64,000 nt of DNA from Hormiphora californensis. Its lineage: Eukaryota; Animalia; Ctenophora. Positions 34,401-45,200 of this stretch are shown here, piece after piece (within the stretch, counting starts at the first letter, position 1; the number at the start of each line of letters is the position of its first letter). Below the pieces are notes generated by a model. It saw only the letters and a list, made by a program, of their open reading frames with translations. It did not search any database and was not told where the DNA came from. The translations under genes were made by a program, and so were the position numbers. Where the stretch lies: positions 3,224,001 to 3,288,000 of the forward strand of contig CM035360.1 in the NCBI GenBank assembly GCA_020137815.1, in the 5' to 3' direction.

Positions 34401-37400
34401 TTGTATGCCTCGATCAGGTCACCCCTCATTCGTCTCTCTAGGAGAGTTGTAAGTTCAAGTTCCTTCAGTCGCTCTTCATAAGTGAGAAGCCCGATTCCAT
34501 CAATCAGTCTGGTGAAGGATCTCTGAACATCCTCCAATTCCATGATCAGCTTCCAGTAACCATGAGATGCTGGAGGATTCCAAATCTGAACAGCATATTC
34601 AATGTGCGGTCGAATAATTGTTCTGAAGATGTTCAGCATGACTTCCTTGCTTCGGCTGATGACATTCCTGATGACCCATGCTGTGACAGATTTGGCCTTC
34701 TTGATGGCAGCCCTGGCGTTTTGATCCCAGTGAAGGTCACCAGAGGTTCCAACACCAAGGTCCTTCTCATAAGAAACTTCAAGCAGAAGATCCCCGTGCA
34801 GATAATACGGAAGATGAGGATTCTTCGCACCAACATGGAGAACCTTACACTTCCTGTCTTGCACGTTGAACTTCAGGAGCCACTTCCTTTCCCATTCCTG
34901 TAGAGCCACGAGATCTTCTTGCGCCACCTGATGATTCTCCGTACTTGTCACCAGCTTCAGATCGTCTGCAAAGAGAGAGACAAAACTCGATATTCCACTG
35001 GGAAGGTCGTTGATGTACAAGAGAAACAAAATTGGGCCCAGGACTGTGCCCTGGGGCACACCTGACATCACCTCAAAGAGCTCAGAGAAAGTGCTCCCAA
35101 CTCTGACTGAGAACCGCCGACCCGAGAGAAAACTTCTTATGATGTTGCATGTTTTTCCTCTGATCCCATATCTCTCCAACTTTACAAGCAACCGTTTGTG
35201 TGGGACCGTATCAAATGCCTTTTGAAAGTCAAGGTAGAGGATGTCAGCACTCCCTCCTGAGCTGAGTATTTCATTAACTCTGTCCATGCACTCAAGTAGA
35301 TTAGACACGCACGATTTGCCGGGTAGGAAACCATGCTGCTCTGCAGCAAACAGTGGGGCAGCGAACGAAAGAATATGGTTCCGTAGTATCTTCTCGAAAA
35401 CCTTAGCCAACACACATGTAAGACTTATAGGACGATAGTTGGATGCCTTAGCTTTATCGCCCTTTTTATGGAGTGCAGTCACATGTGCTGTTTTCCAAAG
35501 TTCAGGGATCGTCTCTGTGTCATAGCACTGCTGAAACAGATCTGCAATCAGCTGCACGACGAACCGATTATCTGAAAGAGATTTCAGGAGCTTAGGATGA
35601 ATTCCGTCCGGTCCGAAGGATTTGCTGATATTCAACTTTGAGAGGTGAAATTCTACGGTGAAGCGGTCGAAAACAAGGTCTTCGATCACTCGATCAGTTT
35701 CCGTTTCGATTGTGAATGTAGGAGGGTCTTCATTGACAAAAGTATTGGCGAAGAAAGTCCCGAGCTCGTCTGCCGTTTCCTTTGCAGAGCTGATAACTCG
35801 TCCATCAGAGGTTTTTAGCCCTGAAATAGCAGACTTGATTTTGCGTTTCCCATTCAGATAGCTGTAGAAACCTTTTGTATTGGACTTGAGATTACTAGTG
35901 ATCTTGTACTCATGAGATGAAAGAGCTCTGCGCAGTGTTGTGCCGAACAACTCCTCCTCACGTAATGCAGCTCTCAAATTCTTGCCAGTTGGAAATTCGT
36001 CGAATACAGCCCAACATTTCTCTTTCTTGTTTCGAGCCCTAACCAAGTACGGCGTGTCCCAGGGAGATTTAGTCTTTATGCAGCCAGTTCTCGTGACACT
36101 GATCTTAGTAACAGGCACTGCCTCGGATATGACCGTAAGGTTTCTCAAAACAAGTCCCCATAGATCGTCCACTGAGTCAGATGGATCATAATCCCAACAA
36201 AGATTGCTAGCTTCAGTCTGAATCTGCTCCTTGGTAATTTTTGACCAATTCCTCTTCTCTGTAGAGATGTAATCACTGTCATTAGCAACTCTCCATGAAC
36301 TGATAACTCCCACATGATCTGATTTACCCAGAGGTGCTGTTATCTCGAAACCTTTAAAAATTGTGAGGTCAGAAGTAAGGACGTTATCGAGGGTTGAAAA
36401 CTGAAGAGTAGAGGAGACGACACGCTGGCGAGTTTTAACATCGTCACCGATAACCCACCTGAGGCCATGGTTGACAAAAAAATCTAAAAACAGCTGCTGG
36501 ATCACATACTTTTGATTACATGTATCTTGCGGGCAATTAACCACACCATTATCCCATGAAACATCTGGGAGATTGAAATCCCCCATGAAAATTAGTTCAT
36601 GATCATTGCACTTTGAATTTACTAAAGCGGACAAGTTAGTGATCATATCAACACAGTATGTATACGATGCAGCAGGTGGTCTGTAAACTACAACAACTAA
36701 AATATGTACAGCGTTAGTTTTGATTGAAACTGCAACAGAATCATGGACATTGATTTTGACTTCCTGAGAGATGAGGGTATTATGGACATATATACACGAA
36801 CCCCCTCCTTTACCAACAGCCCTATCAGTTCTAAATAGTCTAAAGTTAGGAACTACTACTTCTGCATCGAGAACATCATCCCCAAACATTGTTTCTGTAA
36901 TTCCCAAAATCTTGCAGCCACTTTCCCCCGCTACAATGCTCAATTCACTAATCTTATTTTTCAAGTCGTTTGCGTTTGTATAAAAAAGTTTTATGGTACT
37001 TTCCATTGAGTCTGATTGTAGTCTCTGAGTAGCTAGATAGTCGCAACGTTGCCGGAGTTTCCCTGAACCGCGAGACGGCTCCTCCTCTTCTGCCTTGCGA
37101 GATAGTTGGCCTTCCTCTCCGCCTGGGACAGGTCTGCATTTACCCAGTACTGAACATTGTTATTGTCACTGACCTTCTGTCCGTTCCCATACCTATGAAT
37201 CCTGTTAGCCATCTCTGGTGTCGCAAGACTCAAAATCAGAGGTCGGGGCTCCTTCCTATCCTTGTTTGATCCTGTACCGAGAGGGGATCCAGGTCGGAAA
37301 CATCTGATGATGTCCTCCCGGGAGACGTTCTGGTCCTGCAGGAGCTCAAGAGCAACATTGATGTCACTTGCAGTCCGCTCCTTCACTTCCTTGCAGCTGC

Positions 37401-40400
37401 TCTCCTCTACATTAGAGATCACGATGTTTCGAGTACGGCGATCTCGGTCGACCATATTCGCCTCCTGTTTAGCAGCAGTCTGTGATATGATGGCAGACTG
37501 GTTCTCTTGAAGTGCTGTACCCAAGCTCTTCTCAAAGCAAACTTTTGTTTGTTTCTCGATGGCACTGGTCGACTTCCGCAAACGTCTTTTTCATTTCGGT
37601 AGTGTTCATGGCCTTTTCCATTGCCTCTTTAAGGGATCCCTTCACACTGTCCTTCACTGCAGCTTTCACTTCTCCCTTTACTGACACATTCGCTGGATTC
37701 TCCTTGATCACCTTCTCCATTCGCTCGAATCCTTCAGTGATAGATGAATTCGTAGACTGATCCTTCATCATATCCTCTATTCTTTTCAGAGCCTCGCCAT
37801 TCAAAGAGTTCTCCGTACACTGGGATCGGGTTGAGTTCTGGATCTCATCCAGTTTGGTGGTTATATGAAGCCAATAGGTGCTAATGTTCTTCTCCAGTCG
37901 ATCGATGGTTGCAAAACCATGTGCCGCTCTCTTCAGTTCAGAGACTGCTTTAATCTGTGCCTCCTTCTCCTTTTTCAAATCTGGTTTATCTTTCGATCTC
38001 GTCTCGATCGTGAGAGGCTCCAACAATTTGATAACATTTGTAACACATGTATAACATGTCTTTAGGGTTGAGATCTCTTGTTGAAAGAGAGCCATTTCCT
38101 TGCTTCTTGCCGGTGCCGGTGATGGATGTTCTCAAATTTCTCGAGGTGCAGATAAGACAAGCAAGCAAAGTAAAGTAGAATTTCAGAAGTGCTATCGACC
38201 AAAATCAGGGTACCTTTAGCTTTTTTTAGGGCTGGACCCTCCCCCCCCCTTAATTACTAATCACACGTTTGCATGCAATCCGTCCTATCCAAAACTAACT
38301 CGTTAATTTCCTAACAGAAGCTCACGAACACCATTGCCGACAACAATGCAGCCGTGGCGTCGAAACAAAGCGGAATTCTTCACCAGTTAAAGAGGATTCG
38401 ACAAGAGGCCTACTTCAATTATGAACTGATTCGGAACAAGACCTTCAATCCAGAACAAACCCAGCCCAATACCACCAGTACCTGATCGTGGACTGAAATC
38501 GGCTGCAGCTGTCCCAAACTTGGAGAACACCTGTCAACGGAACACCCCGACGAAGTACAAGGAGAGGATTCGAGAGGTAGGAGGGACTGGCATTCTTTCC
38601 TGCATAACTACAAGGTCGAGGTCATGGAAAGAAGTACGGACACACTTGCCACATGTATTCTAGAGGACCAGCAAATAAAGAAACATCAGCCGGAACTTAA
38701 CACCCAGTGTGGAAACGTCTACTAAGATTTATGAAGGAGCAGGAAGCTAGAGAACATTATCTCCGAAGTCGATGGACCACTCAGACGCCAAATTGAAGAT
38801 CTCAGGCAGCCGGGAACTTCTAGTTGGCTCACCACTCTGCCTATCAGAGAGTATGGATTTGTCCTGAACAAGCAGGAGTTCAAAGATGCGTTAGCCATAA
38901 GGTACATGCTCCCACTTGCTGATATCAGTGAGACATGCGGCTGTGGGGAATCAGCTACTATTGAACACTTGTTATCGTGCATGCGTGGTGGATACACAAA
39001 TGCTAGACACAACCAGGTCAGAGACATCACCGCAATAATGATGAAAAATTCCGGATGCGGGGACGTAAAGATCGAGCCAACACTGTTGCCCCTTACTGGA
39101 GAGGAACTAAATAAAAACAGCAACACTAGGGAAATGGCAAGACTGGACGTGTCTGGAAGAAATTTCTGGTCTAAGGGAGACAAGATCTTTGCGGACATCC
39201 GTATTTTTAACTCGTTGGCACCAACAAATCAAATTAACACCATCGAGAAAACTGCGGAGATCCATGAAGGTCAGAAGAAAAGGGCCTATGGGGAGAGAAT
39301 CCTAAATGTGGAACGAGCTACCTTCACCCCACTTGTGTTCTCAACAATCGGAACATTCGGACCAGAAGCAGAGCGGTTCTACAAGCGTCTGGCTGGCTTG
39401 TACTCGGTTAAGTCGAAACAAAGCTATAATGACGCCATTAGATACATTAGATTACGATTATCATTTTGCATCCTCAAATCAGTACTCATTCAAATTCGAG
39501 GCTACCGAGGGTCTCTACCATTCTATCCTGATCTAATAGATATGAATCTAGTACCTTTATTCCTTTTATAAATCACGTTATTAGTATAACCTATTTCTAT
39601 ATATTTTGCGAGATGTTGTATAACATGACATTATAAATTTGTTCTATCTTTTCCAAAAGGAATGACAAGAGTCTGGCTGGCTTGAACTCGGTTAAGTCGA
39701 AACAAAGCTACAATGATGCTATTAGATCTATTAGAAGACGACCGTCATCAGTCTTAGGGGATACCGAGGGAGGCGTCCATGTCGAGTGGATGACAGTGTG
39801 GACTACAACCTGCTTTATCTCAAGTAGAGGAAGAAGACACAAATTTGATTGTTATCCTTTTTTAATAACTAGCGCACCCATTGGGTGCGCCTCAAGTAAG
39901 GGCTTTCTAATAACCCACCCGGCTTCGCCGGTTGGTTTTTCCCCGCCCCTTTCAACGTCAATAACACGGTTGCCATGGCAACTTAATTGGTAACTATGGG
40001 GACTGGCATGTCAAAAGTCATTCGAAAGTATTAACAAACTTCCACTGGAAGTTCAAAAAGTTTGAGCAACAGCTTTACAGCTTTGGTCACATGAATTGTT
40101 TTATGAAGGAGCAGTCTGTCGCTTAGATACCGCCTACCGAACGGCCATCACTTCGACGTCGTTCATCTCCAAATTATAATAGAGATTCCCCACCCCCAAC
40201 AAGAATAACTGCATTATGTTTCATAATGCTATGTTTCCCCGCCAACCTTTATTTTCATAACCATCTAATGTGAAGGCGGGACAGACATTTCCGATCATCT
40301 ATGAATCAGTCAAACCGTATAGAACAAATCATTGTGTTTTAGTAGCACTAAATTGTGCGCCACATTGTGCGGCTCACATTTCCTGAAAACGTGCCATTGA

Positions 40401-43400
40401 AGTATTTGATGAAGGAGCAACATCGTTGTCCCTCGCAACTGAGCGGGTTACGTTACAAAAAAAGCGTGACACTTCACTAGTATGTAAAATAAAATTGTCG
40501 AATTCTAAACCCCTATATGCCTTTTTACAAAAGGCATCCGGGTGAATGCCTTCGGCATTCACCGGGCGGGGAAAAAATTAGATCTATTAGATTAAGATTA
40601 GCACTTTGCATCCTTAAATCAGTACTCATTCAAGTTCGAGGCTACCGAGGGTCTCTCCCATTTTATCCTGATCTTATAGACATGAATCTAGTACCTCTAT
40701 TCCTTCTATAAACACGTTATTGTTATAACCTATTTCTATCTATCTTGCGAGATGTTGTACAACATGACATTATAAGTTTGTTCTATCTTTTCTTTGGAAT
40801 GACATTTTCATCAACTTGATTGCGTATTTATTTTGCATGATTAAGGGGAAACCGGGGGGGGGGGGGGGGGGGGGAGACTTGTTTTCAATGTCTGACAGTA
40901 CACGGTTCGGAATATGCCGCGAGACTCTAACCGATCTCCTTATAATCACTCCGCGGCAGGCAACACAGTGAAAGCTGTCACCTAAACGGGGGAGCTCAGA
41001 AATGAGCTCTTCGTGCCAGCTGAGCCCTGATCTCCCATCTATATGTTGGGATATCAGAGCTTAGTCCCGTTGCCGTGGACCTGCTGGCTGATGGTCCAGT
41101 GATTACGGTCAAATCACATTAAATTAGGAAAACTATGAAGTCCCTTGTCAGCGCTCTGGCACACAGATTTTTAACACTGCCGACGCCTGGCAGTTTTCGA
41201 ACACCTCTATTTGGCAGTAATTGTGGTGGAAGGCATAGCCGAGAGTGGGAGATGAAAGTGATGTCGTTGCGTCATGTAAAAGGGGCAGGTGCTCTCAAAT
41301 AGCACTTGAGACACAAGGGGGATTTAGGGGTGATCTGATCATGCATGTGTGATCTGATCTGATGACGTTCGTTGAATCAGATAGTTCCTACACAACTTTC
41401 ATAACCGCAAGGCTTGTTTGTTTGCTTGTTTGTGATTGCTGCGTCTGGAGGATGACCTGCCCAAAAGTAGTAGAGGCCGCACCGAACACGCTTATTAGGC
41501 CGCAAGGATTATTAGTGCACAAAGTTATTCTGAGTATCAGATCTGCACGTGTAACTATGGTAACCGGGGTGTATAGTCATTCTACATTTGCACGTGCAGT
41601 ACCCTCCGGGAAGACAATTTGATTTCGTTTGATCTCTTGAACACGCTCGAAATCATCTCACACACTCATCCAACCATGGAAGCACTTATCGTTATGATGC
41701 TCTTGGCATTGGGATACCAAGCCTTCAAAACTCTTCAACAAATGATACAACAAACTGAGGAAGGACTTGCAACAGAGGCGAGAGAGACCCGGAAAATTTT
41801 GAAGAACTTGACATCTTCCCTGGACCCTTTAACCATTGAACTGGGACCTGTGATTAGGTCCATTCTTGACAAGAACAAGGTAAGCACCATACAATTTAAT
41901 AAAATCACAAGTTGCAAACTACTTAATTCCTAATCACACGTTTGTTTTCAATCTTTCCTATCCAAAACTAACTCGTTAATTTCCTTGCAGAAACTCACAC
42001 GTACCATTGCCGACAACAACGCAGCTGTGGCATCTAATCAAAGTGGGATTCTGCACCAACTGATGAGGATTCGACAAGAAGCCTACTTCAACTACGAATT
42101 GAACCGGACCAAGACCCGAACATCGATCCGGAGGAAAGCCAGTCCGCCAATCCTTGCCGCTGTGCCAAATGTTCCGGTCAGCCGACCACATCAAGCGGCC
42201 CCAACGGACTATATTGTCCTTGAACTCGGATTCGAGTGATGTTTGTCCGTCTGTAGTCCGTTTGTTTGTTAGTGTGCCGTGTAGTGTGTGGGTGTGTGAG
42301 GTGAGCTCAACGGGGGGAGCTCAGAAATGAGCTCTTCGTGCCAGCTGAGCCCTGATCTCCCATTTTTATGTTGGGGTATCAGGGCTTAGTCCCGTTGCCG
42401 TGGACCTGCTGGCTGATGGTCCAGTGATTACGGTCAAATCACACTAAATTAGGAAAACTATGGTGAAGTCCCTTGTCAGCGCTCTAGCGCGCGGCTTTTT
42501 TACACTTCTGACAATTTCCACACACTTCTATTTGGCAGTCACTGCGCGCCACGCTGTTTTACCACCATTCCCTCACAGAGTGTGCCACAACCTGTCCCAC
42601 ACAATACAACGGTTGTCTGTCCGTCTCACTATTGTTTGTAGTACAAGTCACGAGGTATCCTACCTGAATCTAAACCGGCACTAGCATTGAAAAGTCGCTG
42701 ATCGTACAGCTCAGCCTGACTGGGAGCTGCCTGTCCCAGAGCTATCTTTTCCGTAATATCCCTGTCCTGAAATGTTAATATTGGTGTTGTGGGGAGGGCT
42801 CCAAAAGGACTCATTCGCTGGATAGTTTTCTTACCTCCATAGACCTCATTTTCTCTGCCTTTCCTGGGTTAGCTCTCTTGATCCTCCTGTCTCTCTCCCG
42901 TTCTTTGTGTCTGTCCTTTCTCAGGTCGTCCCGTTCCGCAGCCTCATCATCATCTGCATCAGCTGTAAGGAGTGGTAATTTTTCTTCACACCGGGTAGAA
43001 ATATTCTGCAAGTCATGAAAACTAAATAATTATACTGGGTTAATCATTTATAGCCCTACCCAAAGTTATCAGGGTGTTCCTACCTTTAACAATGCCGCTC
43101 CTCTCCTCCCTAGCTCGTTGGGCAATCAACCTCAATTTCTGCTCCTGTTGTTCCTTCTCTTTCGCAGCCATGGCCTTCTCTATATTAGCCCTCATATCAA
43201 CAGCCTCCCTCGCCTTTCTATCAGCTATATACAGAGCCTCGGCCATTTTAGCAAAGTTATCATTGATTGTGTTGTCCTGGAGAAAAAGTTTAATAAAATT
43301 ATTTCTGGAATTTTAATCATTCAAATTACTAATAGTGGCTAGTGTTTCTGTACCACCCTGTATTACCTGTAAACCCCGTCCATCTGCAGCAAGACGTTTA

Positions 43401-44823
43401 TCCAGGGGTATCGTGTAACCTCGGGGATTCTTCCAGTTACTGATACACGGTGGGATCTTCCATTCTTGCTGTTCTTTGACTGTGACCTGGGGTAAATACG
43501 GGATGGATTCAGCACGGAACATTGTACTATTTAGAGGACGTGTTGTGGGAGTGCAGGGTGACATCATGAAGATCTGAAAAATCTCAGTGAGAAAAGAAAT
43601 CCAGTCTAAGGGGATACCTTTCTAGTAGGGCTATGTAACACTGGTGCAGGAGGTGAGGGGGGACCTCTGGGGATCTTTTTGTTCGTTTTGAACTTTGGTG
43701 GTTCCATTGGATCCTTCTGTGCCTCAACCATCCTGATTATCCGCTGTTTCGCACCTGGAAGAGGACGCGGGGTGTTGGAATCATCAGAATGGGGCTAGTA
43801 CAATTCGAACAGAAGTATATTGATTGTTCAAGGCTTGAGTTTTGGGAGGGAAAGAGAAAGCATTCTCTGAGTCACTTGGAGTTTGAGAGAGAAAACACTT
43901 ACCCGAGTTATAAGCAACACCCTGCTGCGATGGTGTGTACCTCACATACTTTGGGGGTTCATTAGTGTTCGCATTGATAGCTACCTTGTTAGGTAGGGCC
44001 GCTGATATCTAGAGACATGGAGAGAGTTAATAATTGACTAGTAATTAACACAGAAGCTCCTACTCTTTATTGTACAGGGTGTCCCATTTATTCGATCAAA
44101 CTAACGGTTGCGAGTTCTTACCTTGGCACTGATCAGTTTCTCCAGGGCATTCCTTGTTTCCTCTGTCGATTTCTGGACTTCTTCCTCTCCCGGCTTTTCC
44201 AGCTCCGCCCCCTCTGTCTTGGGGAGCAGGTCGGTAGGCTTGCTGTAAACAATCCTATCCTTGCCATGCCCCTGTCGCATTAGAGCATCATACTTAATCT
44301 TTCCCTCCGCATCAACCTGATGGAAATTATAGGTTTTTTCAAAAAAGGAACCGACCGAATCAGGAAATACTGGTCCCTGATTGGCTGATAACCAGTCACG
44401 TGACCTAAATAACGAGTTCTGATTGGTTGTTTACTTGGTTCGGTCGGTTCCTAGTTTTTTGGGAAATAATTGGGATGAAACTCGACGGGGTGAAAATTTA
44501 TATTTAGGGAAATATTGTTGGAGTTTGGTTCAATAGCTGATCCTATTTCCCTCAAATGTAACACTCAGTACCTGCATAGCAACAACTTTCTTGCTCTCAT
44601 CCTTGTCCTCTAATCCCATATTCAGTGGATACTGTGCAAAGTGTATCTCCGGGAATGCACCCCCATCCCCAAAATCCCCCGGTGTCCGAGGAGCCCATCC
44701 CTCCCTCGCTCCATATGGAGGCGGACCGGTTACAGCTACTGCTGTGACAGCTGACCGTGCGACTTGCTTTTGTCTGTTTTCCACAGGAAGCGAGGGTGCG
44801 GGGAGTAATGTTCGGAGTGACAT
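31496..44823 (-). CDS. SNW1: SNW domain-containing protein 1 (SKIP/Prp45), about 10 exons, with a 10.7-kb intron
   Basis: PPPYGAREGWAPRTPGDFGDGGAFPEIHFAQYPL; KIPRGPPSPPAPVLHSP; WKIPPCISNWKNPRGYTIPLDKRLAADGRGL; DRDITEKIALG; YNVYDQPWR; GPVQFE..DDPFGL. Confidence 0.97.
32082..32161. repeat. ~80-bp near-perfect palindrome
   Basis: GAAAATTTCTAGTCGATACCATCCGAAAGTTCAATGGGGA followed by its reverse complement. Confidence 0.9.
32359..32829 (+). CDS. Unknown small TM/coiled-coil protein, copy 1 (2 exons)
   Basis: MEALIILMLLAMGYLAF...ELGPVISSILDKNK|gt...ag|KLAHTIVDQN...RLRQEANYNF; intron position conserved in all three copies. Confidence 0.7.
33063..38485 (+). CDS. Unknown small TM/coiled-coil protein, copy 2 (intron expanded by a 4.9-kb TE insertion)
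   Basis: Exon 1 33063-33266 and exon 2 38318-38485, homologous to copies 1 and 3. Confidence 0.65.
34049..37006 (-). CDS. LINE ORF2: APE endonuclease plus reverse transcriptase (985 aa, intact)
   Basis: YTNA, ITET, GDFN, SDH (APE); NYRPISLT, QHGF, LDFQKAFD, GVPQGTVLGP, FADD (RT). Confidence 0.97.
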   Translation of the reverse strand: MESTIKLFYTNANDLKNKISELSIVAGESGCKILGITETMFGDDVLDAEVVVPNFRLFRTDRAVGKGGGSCIYVHNTLISQEVKINVHDSVAVSIKTNAVHILVVVVYRPPAASYTYCVDMITNLSALVNSKCNDHELIFMGDFNLPDVSWDNGVVNCPQDTCNQKYVIQQLFLDFFVNHGLRWVIGDDVKTRQRVVSSTLQFSTLDNVLTSDLTIFKGFEITAPLGKSDHVGVISSWRVANDSDYISTEKRNWSKITKEQIQTEASNLCWDYDPSDSVDDLWGLVLRNLTVISEAVPVTKISVTRTGCIKTKSPWDTPYLVRARNKKEKCWAVFDEFPTGKNLRAALREEELFGTTLRRALSSHEYKITSNLKSNTKGFYSYLNGKRKIKSAISGLKTSDGRVISSAKETADELGTFFANTFVNEDPPTFTIETETDRVIEDLVFDRFTVEFHLSKLNISKSFGPDGIHPKLLKSLSDNRFVVQLIADLFQQCYDTETIPELWKTAHVTALHKKGDKAKASNYRPISLTCVLAKVFEKILRNHILSFAAPLFAAEQHGFLPGKSCVSNLLECMDRVNEILSSGGSADILYLDFQKAFDTVPHKRLLVKLERYGIRGKTCNIIRSFLSGRRFSVRVGSTFSELFEVMSGVPQGTVLGPILFLLYINDLPSGISSFVSLFADDLKLVTSTENHQVAQEDLVALQEWERKWLLKFNVQDRKCKVLHVGAKNPHLPYYLHGDLLLEVSYEKDLGVGTSGDLHWDQNARAAIKKAKSVTAWVIRNVISRSKEVMLNIFRTIIRPHIEYAVQIWNPPASHGYWKLIMELEDVQRSFTRLIDGIGLLTYEERLKELELTTLLERRMRGDLIEAYKIITGKVRYGQDLFRLSRSGANILKDSKGDSVLFNRCANYWNKLPATVKEAPSVNAFKARLEKYKVGITSAGLPSNGQFWELSSLIYDKLRADGRDAYVNYMISNPKFAKCKGINVY
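37033..38095 (-). pseudogene. LINE ORF1 with one frameshift near 37570
   Basis: Overlapping ORFs 37532-38095 and 37033-37581; RRTRNIVISNV...PRPLIL...WVNADLSQAER motifs. Confidence 0.8.
38740..39668 (+). mobile_element. 5'-truncated CRE-clade non-LTR retrotransposon (CCHC zinc knuckle plus restriction-like endonuclease)
   Basis: SSWLTTLP...GFVLNKQEFKDALAIRY, CGC...HLLSC, RHNQVRD, RLDV...DIRI, HEGQKKRAY, FTPLVFST.G..G. Extra 3'-end copies at ~39669-39735 and ~40577-40803. Confidence 0.85.
40985..41218 (+). other. Structured direct repeat A (candidate ncRNA or terminal repeat)
   Basis: Near-identical to 42309-42539; GAAA-capped stem with G.U pairs, a multi-stem fold and pseudoknot potential. 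Confidence 0.55.
41676..42239 (+). CDS. Unknown small TM/coiled-coil protein, copy 3 (2 exons)
   Basis: Exon 1 41676-41879 and exon 2 41991-42239, homologous to copies 1 and 2. Confidence 0.7.
42309..42539 (+). other. Structured direct repeat B
   Basis: Second copy of 40985-41218. Confidence 0.55.
44346..44453 (-). mobile_element. hAT-type MITE
   Basis: Same ~107-bp family, in a SNW1 intron. Confidence 0.85.
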
Positions 44824-45200
44824 GGTGTAGGTCTGTATGGAATAGTTGGGGTTAGTTAGTGGGCTCGACCGATATTGGCCTTGAATATTATAAATGAAGG
44901 TACACACACTTCTACTTGGGGTTAGTAAACAAAACTCATGTTAGAAAACTGAGAGAGGGTCAGTAATAAATTAGTGAGGGTCGATATATCAAATCATTAA
45001 CATTATAACAGGGTCGAAACTTTAACACAATCCCAAAAATAATCTTCAAACACGAGAAAGTACTATCTGGGGAAGATCGTCTCCCAAAGATGTCTACACT
45101 CTATATATTTCCGTTCTCACAGGTCTGAGAGAGGGCGGCTTTACCCGCCCAGGTCACCCAAACGCTCTGCGTCCTAAATGGTATCATCCTGTAGTTCTTT

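Larger units (their letters stand above)
33866..38190 (-). mobile_element. Near-full-length CR1/L2-group LINE
   Basis: ORF1 (frameshifted), ORF2, 3'UTR and (TTA)n tail; possible TSD GCTAT. Confidence 0.92.
33330..38249. mobile_element. Non-autonomous TIR element with poly-G termini hosting a LINE
   Basis: TIR G(n)TCCAGCCCTAAAAAAAGCTAAA; TSD TTAATT (possibly CTTAATT). The empty site is visible in copy 3's intron (ACTACTTAATTCCTAATCACACG). Confidence 0.8.

Noticed and set aside
41085-41135. Hammerhead ribozyme in the direct repeat
   Set aside because: The core reads CTGATGG rather than CTGANGA, and I could not place the matching GAAA and NUH stems.
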